From an uncultured bacterium (GTDB taxonomy: Bacteria; Muiribacteriota; CAYSPT01), in contig CAYSPT010000002.1 of assembly GCA_964432985.1 (NCBI GenBank), positions 45,337 to 109,336 of the forward strand: a stretch of 64,000 bases of DNA, in the 5' to 3' direction. Under the pieces are notes generated by a model. The model was not told where the DNA came from. It worked only from the letters and a program-made list of their open reading frames with translations, and made no database searches. The first letter of the stretch is position 1. The number at the start of each line of letters is the position of its first letter. The position numbers and the translations under genes were made by a program. Shown piece after piece: positions 18,478 through 27,519 of the stretch.

Positions 18478-20166
18478 ATGAAAACACTCTTTCGACTGAT
18501 CCTGTTAAAAGTACGTCTTTTAAAAAACCGGCTGGGAGGCCGCAACCGGCAGGGAACCATTATCGCCTGCGTTATCTTTGTGGCTGTCTTCATCGGAATA
18601 TTCTGGCTGTCACACTGGCTGTTGCTCAAGGTAGGTAAAGTGCCGGCCTTCGGATATCTTCTTCAGGTCAAACTTCTGCAGGTTTCCTCCATGATCCTTT
18701 TCATCATGCTCATCATGTCGAACCTGGTCACCGCTTTGGGAACCCTCTTCCTGGCCGATGATCTCCCCTTTCTTTTCTCACGGCCGATCTCCCACCAGAA
18801 GGTGTTCGCTTCGCGACTTCTCGAAACGGTCTTTGCCAGCTCGTGGATGGTTCTTTCCTTCTTTCTGCCGGCCCTGGCCGCCTTCGGGGCGGTGAATAAC
18901 GCTCCCTTCGTGTTCTATCTCGGGATTTTCCTGGTACTTATTCCCTTTCTTTTCATCCCAACGTCCCTGGCCTGCATAATCGCGGTTACCATTGCCAACT
19001 TCCTTTCGGTAAAAAAAGCCCGCAAAGCAGTCAACCTGCTGGCAGTACTGTCAGCGGGGGCACTGGTGTTCACCCTTCGCGCCATGCGCCCGGAAAGCTT
19101 TCTTTACGCCGATCGGTTCGATCAGATAATGACATTTCTGAAGCTGTTTCAGGCACCTACCACACCTTATTTACCCAGCGCCTGGTTGAGCGATCTGCTG
19201 ACCACCTACGCCGAAGGAACGATGTACAACACGTTGATACCAGGCTGTTACCTGCTGGGAACCGCCCTTGTTTGCGTATCACTCACCGTCATCGTTTCGC
19301 GTTTCGGCTATTTCCGTGGTTGGTCGAGAAGCCAGGAATCTTCCGACGAAACATTGCGTTCCTGGACCTTCGCCGGAAGACTGAGCGTGTTGGCCGGTAC
19401 CAGAACGGCTAGAGTGTGCGCCCTGGCTGAGAAAGAGACAAAGATATTCCTCCGTAACCCGGCCTTGCTGACGCAGTTTCTGATGCTGGGAGCCATTACG
19501 ATTCTTTACCTGTACAATCTGCATGTCCTGCCGCTGGACGAAGTTTCCGTAATCTATAAGCAACTTCCCAATCTCATTACCTATTTAAACATTGGGTTTG
19601 TAGCCTTTATCGTAGCAGCCCTGGCGGTACGGTTTGTCTATCCGGCAGTGAGTCTCGAGGGGAAAGCGTTCTGGATTATACAGAATTCACCGGTCACCAT
19701 GACCGAACTCGTCCTATCAAAATACATCGTGTACCTGACCCCGCTGTTGTTCATGGCCGCCGGCCTGTCACTGCTTGCATCTTTCATTCTCGAATCAGGA
19801 CGATTCTTCGCCATTTTGTCCCTGGTAGACATCTGTTTCCTGACAATGATGATAACGGCGATAAACGCCGGTTTGGGAGGGGTCTACCCCCATTTTGAAG
19901 CAAAAAACGCCATTCAGATCCCCCTCAGTTTCGGAGGGCTGCTGGCCATGGTGCTGAGCATGATCGGTATCATAGCCATGCTCGCCCTGCAAGCTTTTCC
20001 GGTCTACCGTTTCCTCAGATACGGTTTCAATCTCTATTCCATCGGTACATCGATAAGCATCAAAAACCTGCTGCTGTTTCTGTTATCATTCGTCATGTGC
20101 CTGTTGGCCACGTGGGGATCGCTGCGCTGGAGCATTGTCCGGTTGAAATCCTATGGCCAGTACTGA
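18478..20166 (+). CDS. polytopic membrane protein, putative ABC exporter permease component
   Basis: ORF 18271..20166 trimmed to ATG 18478, because the longer form overlaps the S8 gene. It has at least 10 hydrophobic segments and lies directly upstream of an ABC ATPase (29-nt gap). Confidence 0.65.
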   Translation: MKTLFRLILLKVRLLKNRLGGRNRQGTIIACVIFVAVFIGIFWLSHWLLLKVGKVPAFGYLLQVKLLQVSSMILFIMLIMSNLVTALGTLFLADDLPFLFSRPISHQKVFASRLLETVFASSWMVLSFFLPALAAFGAVNNAPFVFYLGIFLVLIPFLFIPTSLACIIAVTIANFLSVKKARKAVNLLAVLSAGALVFTLRAMRPESFLYADRFDQIMTFLKLFQAPTTPYLPSAWLSDLLTTYAEGTMYNTLIPGCYLLGTALVCVSLTVIVSRFGYFRGWSRSQESSDETLRSWTFAGRLSVLAGTRTARVCALAEKETKIFLRNPALLTQFLMLGAITILYLYNLHVLPLDEVSVIYKQLPNLITYLNIGFVAFIVAALAVRFVYPAVSLEGKAFWIIQNSPVTMTELVLSKYIVYLTPLLFMAAGLSLLASFILESGRFFAILSLVDICFLTMMITAINAGLGGVYPHFEAKNAIQIPLSFGGLLAMVLSMIGIIAMLALQAFPVYRFLRYGFNLYSIGTSISIKNLLLFLLSFVMCLLATWGSLRWSIVRLKSYGQY

Positions 20167-20195
20167 TATAACAATAATCCTGGAGAACTTACACT

Positions 20196-21035
20196 ATGAT
20201 CGAACTCATCAACCTGACCAAGAAGTTCGGTGACCTGGTCGCGGTGGACCACTTGAACCTTACCATCGAACCGGGAGAAGTATTCGGCTTCCTGGGACCG
20301 AACGCGGCGGGGAAAACCACCACTATTAAAATGATCAGCGGTATCCTGCTGCCTTCCGAGGGCACCGTGGAAATCAAGGGACACGACATACTTGTAAATC
20401 CTGAAAAAGCCAAATCACTCATCGGTTTTATCCCCGACACCCCATTTATCTACGATAAGCTGACCGGCTGGGAATTCATCGATTTTGCCGGAGCACTGTA
20501 CAGCCTGACCAGCGCCGATTCACGCCGCAAGGCGCAGCAGTGGATAGAAATATTCCGGATCGACCACGCCATGGACCGGCTCATCGAAAGCTTCTCCCAT
20601 GGGATGAAGCAAAAGCTGGTGGTCACATCTGCCCTGCTTCACGACCCGCCGATTATCGTCGTTGACGAACCCATGGTCGGGCTCGATCCGCGCAGCTCGG
20701 AAGAGGTGAAATCCCTGTTCCGTTCGGTAGCCGACCATGGAGGAACGGTGTTTCTTTCTACCCACACACTCAACCTGGTTGAAGTCATCTGTGACCGGGT
20801 AGGGATCATTCAAAAGGGGACCCTCACCGCCGTGGGCACCATGCAGGAACTCCGCCAACTGGCGCAGGAAGAGACTGCTGGGGCTCCAACAGAGACTGCT
20901 GGGGCTCCAACGGAGACCTGTGGGGTCCCAACGAAGACCTCCGACCTGCAACGAGTTTTCCTCAAGCTCACCGAAGAGGAAATGGAGAAGAAGTCTGAGC
21001 TTCCACAAGCTGAGACTGCACCTTCCGACAAGTAA
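20196..21035 (+). CDS. ABC transporter ATP-binding protein
   Basis: Walker A GPNAAGKTT, signature FSHGMKQKL, Walker B IIVVDEPMVGLD. The C-terminal tail carries TETAGAP repeats. Confidence 0.85.
   Translation: MIELINLTKKFGDLVAVDHLNLTIEPGEVFGFLGPNAAGKTTTIKMISGILLPSEGTVEIKGHDILVNPEKAKSLIGFIPDTPFIYDKLTGWEFIDFAGALYSLTSADSRRKAQQWIEIFRIDHAMDRLIESFSHGMKQKLVVTSALLHDPPIIVVDEPMVGLDPRSSEEVKSLFRSVADHGGTVFLSTHTLNLVEVICDRVGIIQKGTLTAVGTMQELRQLAQEETAGAPTETAGAPTETCGVPTKTSDLQRVFLKLTEEEMEKKSELPQAETAPSDK
20871..20942 (+). repeat. 21-bp in-frame tandem repeat, about 3.4 units, in the ABC ATPase 3' end
   Basis: The units are gagactgctggggctccaaca / gagactgctggggctccaacg / gagacctgtggggtcccaacg / aagacctcc. They encode ETAGAPT ETAGAPT ETCGVPT KTS. 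Confidence 0.9.
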
Positions 21036-21044
21036 CGATTGCTG

Positions 21045-21611
21045 CTATCTGTAGCCGAACAGGTCGCCGGCCAGGTAAATTCCTTTCTGGACATTTGAAA
21101 ACGGTTTGGCCGCTCCAAGACCACATCCGCGAGATATATTTTCAAGATCTCCTGTTTCCAAGTTGACCTGCAGCGTATCGCCGCTTGACAGAGAAAGAGA
21201 ATCATCCGGTCCGGATCCGAAAAGGTCCGGACAGGCCAGCACGGGGAACCCGGAGTTGACGGCGTTTCGCCAGTATATCGCTCCGAACGACTCCGCCAGG
21301 AGGCAGACAATTCCAAGGCTTCTGAAACAGTCCACCGCCTGCTGTCGCGAGGAGCCCGCACCGAAATTTCTCCCGGCGATAACAATATCCCCCTCTTTCG
21401 CCCTGGCGGGAAAATCCTCCCAGCCGTCCAGGTTCCCGAGAGCATACTGACCCATCTGCTCGATATCCGTAATGGCCAGATGGGCATTATGAAAGATCAT
21501 ATCAGTATCGATATCCGCGTAGATGTGCCCCTTGGAATCGAGCAGAACATGGACCCGCCCCTGAATTACCAGGGGACGCGCTTTTTCGTTATCCAGAGCT
21601 GTTTGCGTCAT
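21045..21611 (-). CDS. leuD: 3-isopropylmalate/homoaconitate-type dehydratase small subunit
   Basis: ORF 21045..21782 trimmed to ATG 21611, which overlaps the leuC stop (ATGA). The motifs DIDTDMIFHN and IVIAGRNFGAGSSRQQA are LeuD/aconitase swivel-domain signatures. Substrate specificity (Leu, homoaconitate or citramalate) cannot be decided from the sequence. Confidence 0.8.
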   Translation of the reverse strand: MTQTALDNEKARPLVIQGRVHVLLDSKGHIYADIDTDMIFHNAHLAITDIEQMGQYALGNLDGWEDFPARAKEGDIVIAGRNFGAGSSRQQAVDCFRSLGIVCLLAESFGAIYWRNAVNSGFPVLACPDLFGSGPDDSLSLSSGDTLQVNLETGDLENISRGCGLGAAKPFSNVQKGIYLAGDLFGYR

Positions 21612-22864
21612 TTCAACACCTCCCGGGGGGACATGATAGTCCCCGCCGCTGCGCAGGCAGCAGCGGTTACCGGGCTGGCCAGATACGTCCGGCCCGCTCC
21701 TTGCTTTCCCTTGAAATTGCGGTTTGAAGTTGAGACCTGGACCTCGCCGGCGCCGGTCATCCCGATCTGGCCGCTGGCACAACCGCCGCAGCCGGGATTG
21801 CTGATGATTACACCTGATTCGAACAGATCGGCCAGCACGCCGCCGGCCATGAGTTCACCAAATACTTCCCGGGTGGCGGGGACGGCTTTGGCCATGACGT
21901 GTGATGCGACCGGATGCGTTGATAAAATCCGGGCGGCGGCGGTAAAATCATCGAAACGGCCATTTGTGCATGAGCCGAAAAACACCGAATCAACACGTTC
22001 CGGTGCTACCTCTGACACCGGACGGACATTCGCAGGACTGTGAGGCACAGCAATCAGAGGTGGAAGACCCTGGACATCCAACACAACTTCGCACACGTAG
22101 TCGGCATCCGAATCCGCTTCGACCACTTCTATTTCACTACTTCCGGACCTGTCCTGACAGTACGAGATGACCTCCTGATTCGGCACGAAAAAAGCGGCAA
22201 TAGCCCCCATCTCGGTCGCCATGCTGGCTATGGTAATCCGTTCCGTCACCGTCATGCTTTCCACCGCGTCACCGGTGATCTCCATGGCCATTCCCAAAGC
22301 TCCGGACGAACCGAGTTTGCCGACCAGGGCAAGCACGACATCCTTGGCCGTCGTTGGGAATTCGTACCGGCCGGTAACGGTAACCTTCATACTGGGGGGA
22401 ACCTCAAACCAGGTACGGCCCGAACGGAACGCATAAGCAATATCCACATCCCCCATTCCCTGGCCGAAGGCTCCGATGGCTCCTACAATATTAAGATGGC
22501 TGTCCGTCCCCACCAGGGTGCATCCCGGTACGACCTTTCCCTTTTCCACCAGGACATGGGAGCCGATACCAGCGTCTACATCAAAGAGAGCAATGTCCCT
22601 TTCTCTGGCAAATACCCGGCAGATCTGCTGGTTATTGGCGTAGGCCTTGTTGTTAGCCGGGACCACACAGTCAAACGTAAAAAAAACCGATTCCACTGAC
22701 GGGATTGGATCAACACCATACTCGCGCCGGTAATTTTCTACCACGTTGGCACCGCCAAAATCACGGGCTGAACGTACATCCAGATCCATCCACACGACGT
22801 CTCCGGGCCGAACTGACTTTCCGCAATGACGCCCGATTAGTTTCTCGATTATCGTTTCTGCCAC
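21608..22864 (-). CDS. leuC: 3-isopropylmalate/homoaconitate-type dehydratase large subunit (418-aa archaeal-type)
   Basis: Aconitase-family Fe-S ligand contexts are present: GTDSHL, FFGSCTNGR, NPGCGGCA. The start is GTG 22864. Confidence 0.85.
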   Translation of the reverse strand: MAETIIEKLIGRHCGKSVRPGDVVWMDLDVRSARDFGGANVVENYRREYGVDPIPSVESVFFTFDCVVPANNKAYANNQQICRVFARERDIALFDVDAGIGSHVLVEKGKVVPGCTLVGTDSHLNIVGAIGAFGQGMGDVDIAYAFRSGRTWFEVPPSMKVTVTGRYEFPTTAKDVVLALVGKLGSSGALGMAMEITGDAVESMTVTERITIASMATEMGAIAAFFVPNQEVISYCQDRSGSSEIEVVEADSDADYVCEVVLDVQGLPPLIAVPHSPANVRPVSEVAPERVDSVFFGSCTNGRFDDFTAAARILSTHPVASHVMAKAVPATREVFGELMAGGVLADLFESGVIISNPGCGGCASGQIGMTGAGEVQVSTSNRNFKGKQGAGRTYLASPVTAAACAAAGTIMSPREVLK

Positions 22865-23090
22865 TAATTATCACTCATTTCATTATTAATTGGCAGAAGT
22901 GTATATGAGAGGTACGCATGCGTCAAGGACCAAGGGAGAGATTGATAGACAATGTTACTGAATCATGTCCTACCGGCTTCTAGAAAGCAATCCGCTTTCT
23001 GGGGAACCAGCTTTATGTGAGTGAAAAAAGTGAGTCCAGGATTAAATCTCATTCTCAATAATTCACTCACTAGAAAGCTTCCGATGAGCG

Positions 23091-23165
23091 GAGCGCCTTT
23101 GTGAAACAAATAGCGCCGTTGACGATACAAACAGCGAAGCGATTTCCAATCCACCACAACTGGTG
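23091..23165. repeat. intergenic repeat element, copy B
   Basis: gagcgcctttgtgaaacaaatagcgccgttgacgatacaaacagcgaagcgatttccaatccaccacaactggtg matches copy A at 15372-15445. It lies in the divergent region between leuC and the DUF1232 gene. Confidence 0.6.
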
Positions 23166-23188
23166 CACTCTAATTCTGCACACCAGTG

Positions 23189-23217
23189 TTGACATCTCGT
23201 ATTGTCTCGCTTAGACT
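23189..23217 (+). promoter_or_regulatory. putative sigma-70 promoter
   Basis: TTGACA (23189-23194), 17-nt spacer, TAGACT (23212-23217). It is upstream of the DUF1232 gene. Confidence 0.45.
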
Positions 23218-23319
23218 GTGCAGGATTGTCGTGTATCCATCCTCAGTCGCGGGGATGACAATGACTACAAACAGGCACCAGATATTTACCAGAATATCTC
23301 AAAACCAGGAGGAATAACA

Positions 23320-23736
23320 ATGAGCCCGAAACTCGAAGAGAATATCAGCATGCTTGTCTCCCGTTATACTACCATTCTGACCGAAGCCTATGAAGCCGGT
23401 GCACTCGGTGAAGAAGGACAACACGTTGCGCTTGGCGCGCTTAACTACCTGGTTGATCCCTCCGATCTCATTCCGGATGATGTGCCCAACATCGGTCTTC
23501 TGGATGATCTCTACGTACTTATGGCCGCAACAGGACACCTGATTACACTGGGATGTGAACTTAACATCGACCTTGCCGATCACGAAGCCAACGAAGCCAT
23601 GATGGAAAGCAAAAAAGGACTCCTCTACGGCTCTGTGCCCGATGTGTCAGTCCACGCTCTCGTCCTGACCGGAAAACGGGCGGAGGGACAGACCGCCCAG
23701 ATCTTTAGAAAACTCAAGGAGATGAACCGCCGGTGA
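23320..23736 (+). CDS. DUF1232 (YkvA-like) domain protein
   Basis: ORF 23218..23736 trimmed to ATG 23320, which has AGGAGG 7 nt upstream. The motif DLIPDDVPNIGLLDDLYVL is the DUF1232 signature. Confidence 0.65.
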   Translation: MSPKLEENISMLVSRYTTILTEAYEAGALGEEGQHVALGALNYLVDPSDLIPDDVPNIGLLDDLYVLMAATGHLITLGCELNIDLADHEANEAMMESKKGLLYGSVPDVSVHALVLTGKRAEGQTAQIFRKLKEMNRR

Positions 23737-24593
23737 TGACAGCCCGGAACGAAAAGACACTGATCCTCAAAACTGCAATCGCTACTGTGCTTATTGCTTC
23801 AATGATGCTGTTTGCCGGTTGTGGAGGTTGTGGGAACAAGGAAAAAAGCACAACCTCCGGTGATGAAGAACAGCAGTCCAATTCTCACATTGTCATCCCG
23901 GAAGCCGACCTGCCCGGTATCGTCTACGACGGCGCCGGGGAACGGGTATTCGGCGGTGGGCAGGCGCTGGGCAAAGAGATAAACAAATTGAAGCAGATAC
24001 TTAAAAATGATCCGGATAATCCACTGGCACATAACAATCTCGGATTTCTCTATTACCGGGTGGGGGAATACGGTACGGCAGTGAAAGCTTTTGAGACTGC
24101 CATCGAGAATAAACCGGATTTTCCTGAAGCTTACTGCAATCTCGGTCTGGTCTATTTCAACCTGGGTCGTTACCAGATGGCTGTAGACTATTTTGAACGG
24201 GCGGTTGAACTCAATCCGACCATGGCAGACGCCTATTCCAGTCTTGGGCATATCTATCAATTGACAGGACAGGATGAGAAGGCTCGGCAGACCCTTGAAA
24301 CCGCCCTTAAGCTTAACCCCAAATTTGCCCTGGGATACAACAACCTTGGTCTTCTGGAGCGGAAAGCAGGACAGTTCGACCAGGCTATCGACTGCTTCAT
24401 CAAGGCAATAGAGCTGAAACCTGATATGGCGCCTGCTCATTACAACCTGGCTCACGTTTTCATGGAAAAAGGTATGACCATGGAAGCTGCAGCCGAACTG
24501 CAAACGTGCTTGAAGATCGATTCCGGACACATTCAAGCCCGAAGAAGGCTTCTGGAGATGGGTGTGGTTCCCGAATCAGCCGGGCAGCAGTAA
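23733..24593 (+). CDS. TPR-repeat lipoprotein
   Basis: Lipobox-like MLFAGCGGC, followed by five to six canonical TPR units (AHNNLGFLYYRVGEYGTA, AYCNLGLVYFNLGRYQMA, and others). Its start overlaps the upstream stop (GTGATG). Confidence 0.75.
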   Translation: MMTARNEKTLILKTAIATVLIASMMLFAGCGGCGNKEKSTTSGDEEQQSNSHIVIPEADLPGIVYDGAGERVFGGGQALGKEINKLKQILKNDPDNPLAHNNLGFLYYRVGEYGTAVKAFETAIENKPDFPEAYCNLGLVYFNLGRYQMAVDYFERAVELNPTMADAYSSLGHIYQLTGQDEKARQTLETALKLNPKFALGYNNLGLLERKAGQFDQAIDCFIKAIELKPDMAPAHYNLAHVFMEKGMTMEAAAELQTCLKIDSGHIQARRRLLEMGVVPESAGQQ

Positions 24594-24594
24594 A

Positions 24595-25038
24595 TCAGCC
24601 CGCACCGAGGCTTTTATTGCGGCGAAGAGAGCGGTAAATTTCCAGATCAACGACTTTTTTGTCCTCATGGACTTCCTCAGCCCAGTTTACCTCGTTGTTA
24701 AGAATACGGATTATGTCCTTGAATGATCTCATACCCATGAATGAAGCAGTCTTTATGGCGTTATAGACTTTAGTAGTGCCGTAACTGATGCAGAGAAACT
24801 CCACTACCTTCAGCTCTTCGTCAAGGACGTAGGGATTAAAACCTCCCTGGGCAATACGCCGGGAGTAAATAGATTTCAAGTAGGAGTCCCAGACCTTCTC
24901 GAAGCTGATCATCAGGTGGTGTCCCTCCTCAGTTTTCGTGGGCGTCCAACTGGTTGCAGTAGTTGTATCGGTAAGAATCTTGTGAAGTTTATACCCTTTC
25001 CCAGACTCTTTTTTTCCAGCTGGTATCGGCGTTATCAT
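24595..25038 (-). CDS. hypothetical protein (147 aa)
   Basis: A clean ORF in a visibly more AT-rich stretch, with no motif I recognise. It lies 185 nt downstream of the pseudopilin genes on the same strand. Confidence 0.5.
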   Translation of the reverse strand: MITPIPAGKKESGKGYKLHKILTDTTTATSWTPTKTEEGHHLMISFEKVWDSYLKSIYSRRIAQGGFNPYVLDEELKVVEFLCISYGTTKVYNAIKTASFMGMRSFKDIIRILNNEVNWAEEVHEDKKVVDLEIYRSLRRNKSLGAG

Positions 25039-25223
25039 TGCCTATTTGTCCGATCTTTGCCAAACGGTGGTTGATAGATGTTTTTATGTTTGGCGTTGGA
25101 AAAATGTATCGCATTACCTACTTGTCAAACTTTTTTTTATTGCAGGGATTTTCTTCTCACCGTCCAGAAATGTCCTGACCTGACCGCACTTGTACAAACA
25201 GAGGCATCAAAGAGCGAAAAGCC

Positions 25224-25853
25224 TTAGCGTCTCACAGGATTCCAGTTTGGCTGCTGGTTCTTAGCCCAGATATACCGTATGGTCACATCCGAGTAAAGAT
25301 CCAGCTTCTTTCGCGCTTGTTGTACACCTATGTGCACCCGCAATAATGAAATCTTTTCCCGTTGATCGCTGGGGTTATCCTTGTACGCAAACTCCTCGAG
25401 GCTGCCGGTGGCTTCATCTTTGTAGAATGCGCTGAATAGATTAGGATCAATCTCATCAAACTTCAAAAGGGTCTGGTTTCGATTGTTTTCAAAACGAATC
25501 AGCACATCATCTCCGTCATCTCTTTGTTTCAACGTGTACCTGACCGGTTCCGAATTGCCGAGTTGCATGTAGATATCAGCAGTCCGGGAAAACTTTTCGA
25601 AAATCAGCTTGTCCTGGTGCACCTCGTCGAATTTTTTGGCGGCCCGAAGATCCCGCACTATATACTCCATGGCAATCCGTGCCCGCTGCTGCAACACCAG
25701 ATCGACATTGTCCTGGGCTTCTGTTCTACGAGTCAGAACATTGAACGTGAAAATGATACTGACGACTCCCACAGCCAGGACCATGACAACCATTATCTCA
25801 ACAAAGGTGAAAGCACGGTTTGTACGGTACGTACCCGGAACTGATTGTCTCAC
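25224..25853 (-). CDS. type IV pilin-like / T2SS minor pseudopilin (GspJ/PilW-like)
   Basis: The prepilin leader plus methylation motif NRA/FTFVEIMVVMVLAVGVV has Glu at +5. GTG 25853 is preceded by AGGAG, 5 nt upstream. Confidence 0.7.
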   Translation of the reverse strand: MRQSVPGTYRTNRAFTFVEIMVVMVLAVGVVSIIFTFNVLTRRTEAQDNVDLVLQQRARIAMEYIVRDLRAAKKFDEVHQDKLIFEKFSRTADIYMQLGNSEPVRYTLKQRDDGDDVLIRFENNRNQTLLKFDEIDPNLFSAFYKDEATGSLEEFAYKDNPSDQREKISLLRVHIGVQQARKKLDLYSDVTIRYIWAKNQQPNWNPVRR

Positions 25854-25881
25854 GCATACTCCTTTCCGTCTCGCTAGCCGT

Positions 25882-26502
25882 TTAGTATTCGGCCCGGTAG
25901 GTGACCAACTCCACCATAGGAGAGTCGTTTCCTTTTCTGAAAACCGATACGGTGATTTTTTTCAACCGCGAGGGGAAATTGACTGTATCTACTCCTTCAT
26001 CAACTTCAGTTAACCGTCTATATTTTTCATATCCAGGAGAATAGGGGATGTAATACCGCCCGTGTATTTCCTTAAATTTTTTTGAGAACCGCCCGTATAT
26101 CTCAGGGTATTGCTCGGCAAACGCCAGGGTCACCACATCTGAAAACCGTGTCTTGAACAAAATAGGATTCTCATCCATGGCGATGAATTCTTCGACGAAT
26201 GTATCTTCGAACACCGGACCGTACACCATAAAATCATCCTGTAACCCCTTGAAAGGGAGAGAGCGGAGTTGTTCCAGCCTCTCTCTGGCCAGAAGAGAAG
26301 CGATCAGATCATCTTTGGCTTTCCTCGTACCCAGGCGGCCCGTCTGAAACAGACGCAGGAGCGGAAAAATGATCATTCCCAGAATTCCCAGAGCAATAAG
26401 GATTTCGATCAGTGAAACTCCAGATCGGCGCGTGCGAATCCGTTTGGGCTGCCCGCATGCGCTTGCGCACATGGATCCACTTCTTCCTGAGGTCCTCCTC
26501 AT
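25882..26502 (-). CDS. type IV pilin-like / T2SS minor pseudopilin (GspI/PilV-like)
   Basis: The prepilin motif RRSG/VSLIEILIALGILGMII has Glu at +5. ATG 26502 lies 2 nt after the peptidase stop. Confidence 0.7.
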   Translation of the reverse strand: MRRTSGRSGSMCASACGQPKRIRTRRSGVSLIEILIALGILGMIIFPLLRLFQTGRLGTRKAKDDLIASLLARERLEQLRSLPFKGLQDDFMVYGPVFEDTFVEEFIAMDENPILFKTRFSDVVTLAFAEQYPEIYGRFSKKFKEIHGRYYIPYSPGYEKYRRLTEVDEGVDTVNFPSRLKKITVSVFRKGNDSPMVELVTYRAEY

Positions 26503-26504
26503 AC

Positions 26505-27377
26505 TTAAAACTGTCCTCCAAACAAGCTCATGTACCAGACGCCCAGCTGTTCAACCGGATAAAAAAACGTTATTGCCGATCCCAGCGCCAGAAACGGCCC
26601 GAACGGCATATAGTCACGCCGTTTCTTCAGACGCAGCACCATAAGTAATAGCCCTATGGCAGCAGCCAGGAAAAACGAAGCCAACAGGGCACGCAAAATA
26701 CCTTTCCAGCCGACAAATGCTCCAATCAGGGCGGCCAGTTTTATATCCCCCCCGCCCATACCTACCTGTCCATACAGTTTTTCACTGACAAAAGCAACCA
26801 TCCATAAGGCCGCTCCGCCAAGAAACGCTCCGCACAGGGAGTTGAAAAGCGTGTACCCGGGCAGACCGGTCAAATCTATCCATCCCAAGGCTGACGCTCC
26901 CTGAATCAGACCGTGAAAACCAATCCCCACCACCACACCGGGCAGCGTGATTGCGTCAGGTATGATCTGAAACCGGATATCGATGAACGATACCACAATC
27001 AGGGTCGATAACAGAACAATCCCCAGTGCCTTGGGGGCAAATCCCGGCGGCCCCCACCACAGAACCGCCATAAATGAGAACGCGGTCAGGGTTTCAACCA
27101 GCGGGTATACGGGAGAAATCCTCTTCGTACAGTACGCGCACCGCCCCCCTTGAAACAGATAGCTGAACACAGGGATGAGGTTTCGCACTTTCAGGGTAAC
27201 CCGGCACCCTGGACAGTGCGAACGGGGAAATATGATGGACTCCGCACGAGGAATCCGCCAGATACACACATTGAGAAAACTTCCGACCATCAAACCAAGC
27301 ATCAGAACGACACCGCTTCGGAAGATTTCCTGCAACGACATACCTGACAGGCTGTAACTACCGAGATACTCAAACAT
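26505..27377 (-). CDS. prepilin peptidase (A24 family, PilD/GspO)
   Basis: Zn-finger region CPGCRVTLKVRNLIPVFSYLFQGGRCAYCTKRISPVYPLVE, Asp-containing motifs (DIRFQIIPD, GGGDIKL) and multiple TM helices. ORF 26505..27545 is trimmed to ATG 27377. ATG 27341 (MSLQEIF...) is an equally plausible start. Confidence 0.85.
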   Translation of the reverse strand: MFEYLGSYSLSGMSLQEIFRSGVVLMLGLMVGSFLNVCIWRIPRAESIIFPRSHCPGCRVTLKVRNLIPVFSYLFQGGRCAYCTKRISPVYPLVETLTAFSFMAVLWWGPPGFAPKALGIVLLSTLIVVSFIDIRFQIIPDAITLPGVVVGIGFHGLIQGASALGWIDLTGLPGYTLFNSLCGAFLGGAALWMVAFVSEKLYGQVGMGGGDIKLAALIGAFVGWKGILRALLASFFLAAAIGLLLMVLRLKKRRDYMPFGPFLALGSAITFFYPVEQLGVWYMSLFGGQF

Positions 27378-27386
27378 TTCGTACCT

Positions 27387-27416
27387 ATTATACAGGCGCC
27401 GCTCAGACTTCGGCAA
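27387..27416 (-). promoter_or_regulatory. putative sigma-70 promoter for the prepilin peptidase operon
   Basis: On the minus strand: TTGCCG (27416-27411), 18-nt spacer, TATAAT (27392-27387). It would give a near-leaderless transcript for ATG 27377, or a leader of about 40 nt for ATG 27341. Confidence 0.4.
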
Positions 27417-27519
27417 GAGGTGAGCATGATGAGTCTTTCGGGCTGCGCTGACGGACAGCCTCCATGAGAGTTGACAGTCTTTAAATGAGCCGGTACACTG
27501 ATGAACTGTGAATACACCA

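Noticed and set aside
21612-21782. N-terminal extensions in the ORF track. Examples: leuD 21045-21782, panC 59039-60097, DUF327 61803-62420, ispF 34546-35151, accC 41545-42969, eno 46409-47755, the permease 18271-20166, and pilD 26505-27545.
   Set aside because: The extensions run deep into the upstream gene and lack family similarity. Internal starts coincide with the family N-termini, SD sequences or ATGA/GTGA coupling overlaps.
22679-22687. A9 homopolymer (T9 on the coding strand) inside leuC as a possible frameshift or phase-variation site
   Set aside because: The reading frame is intact across it (SVESVFFTFDCV) and the protein is full length. There is no evidence of slippage.
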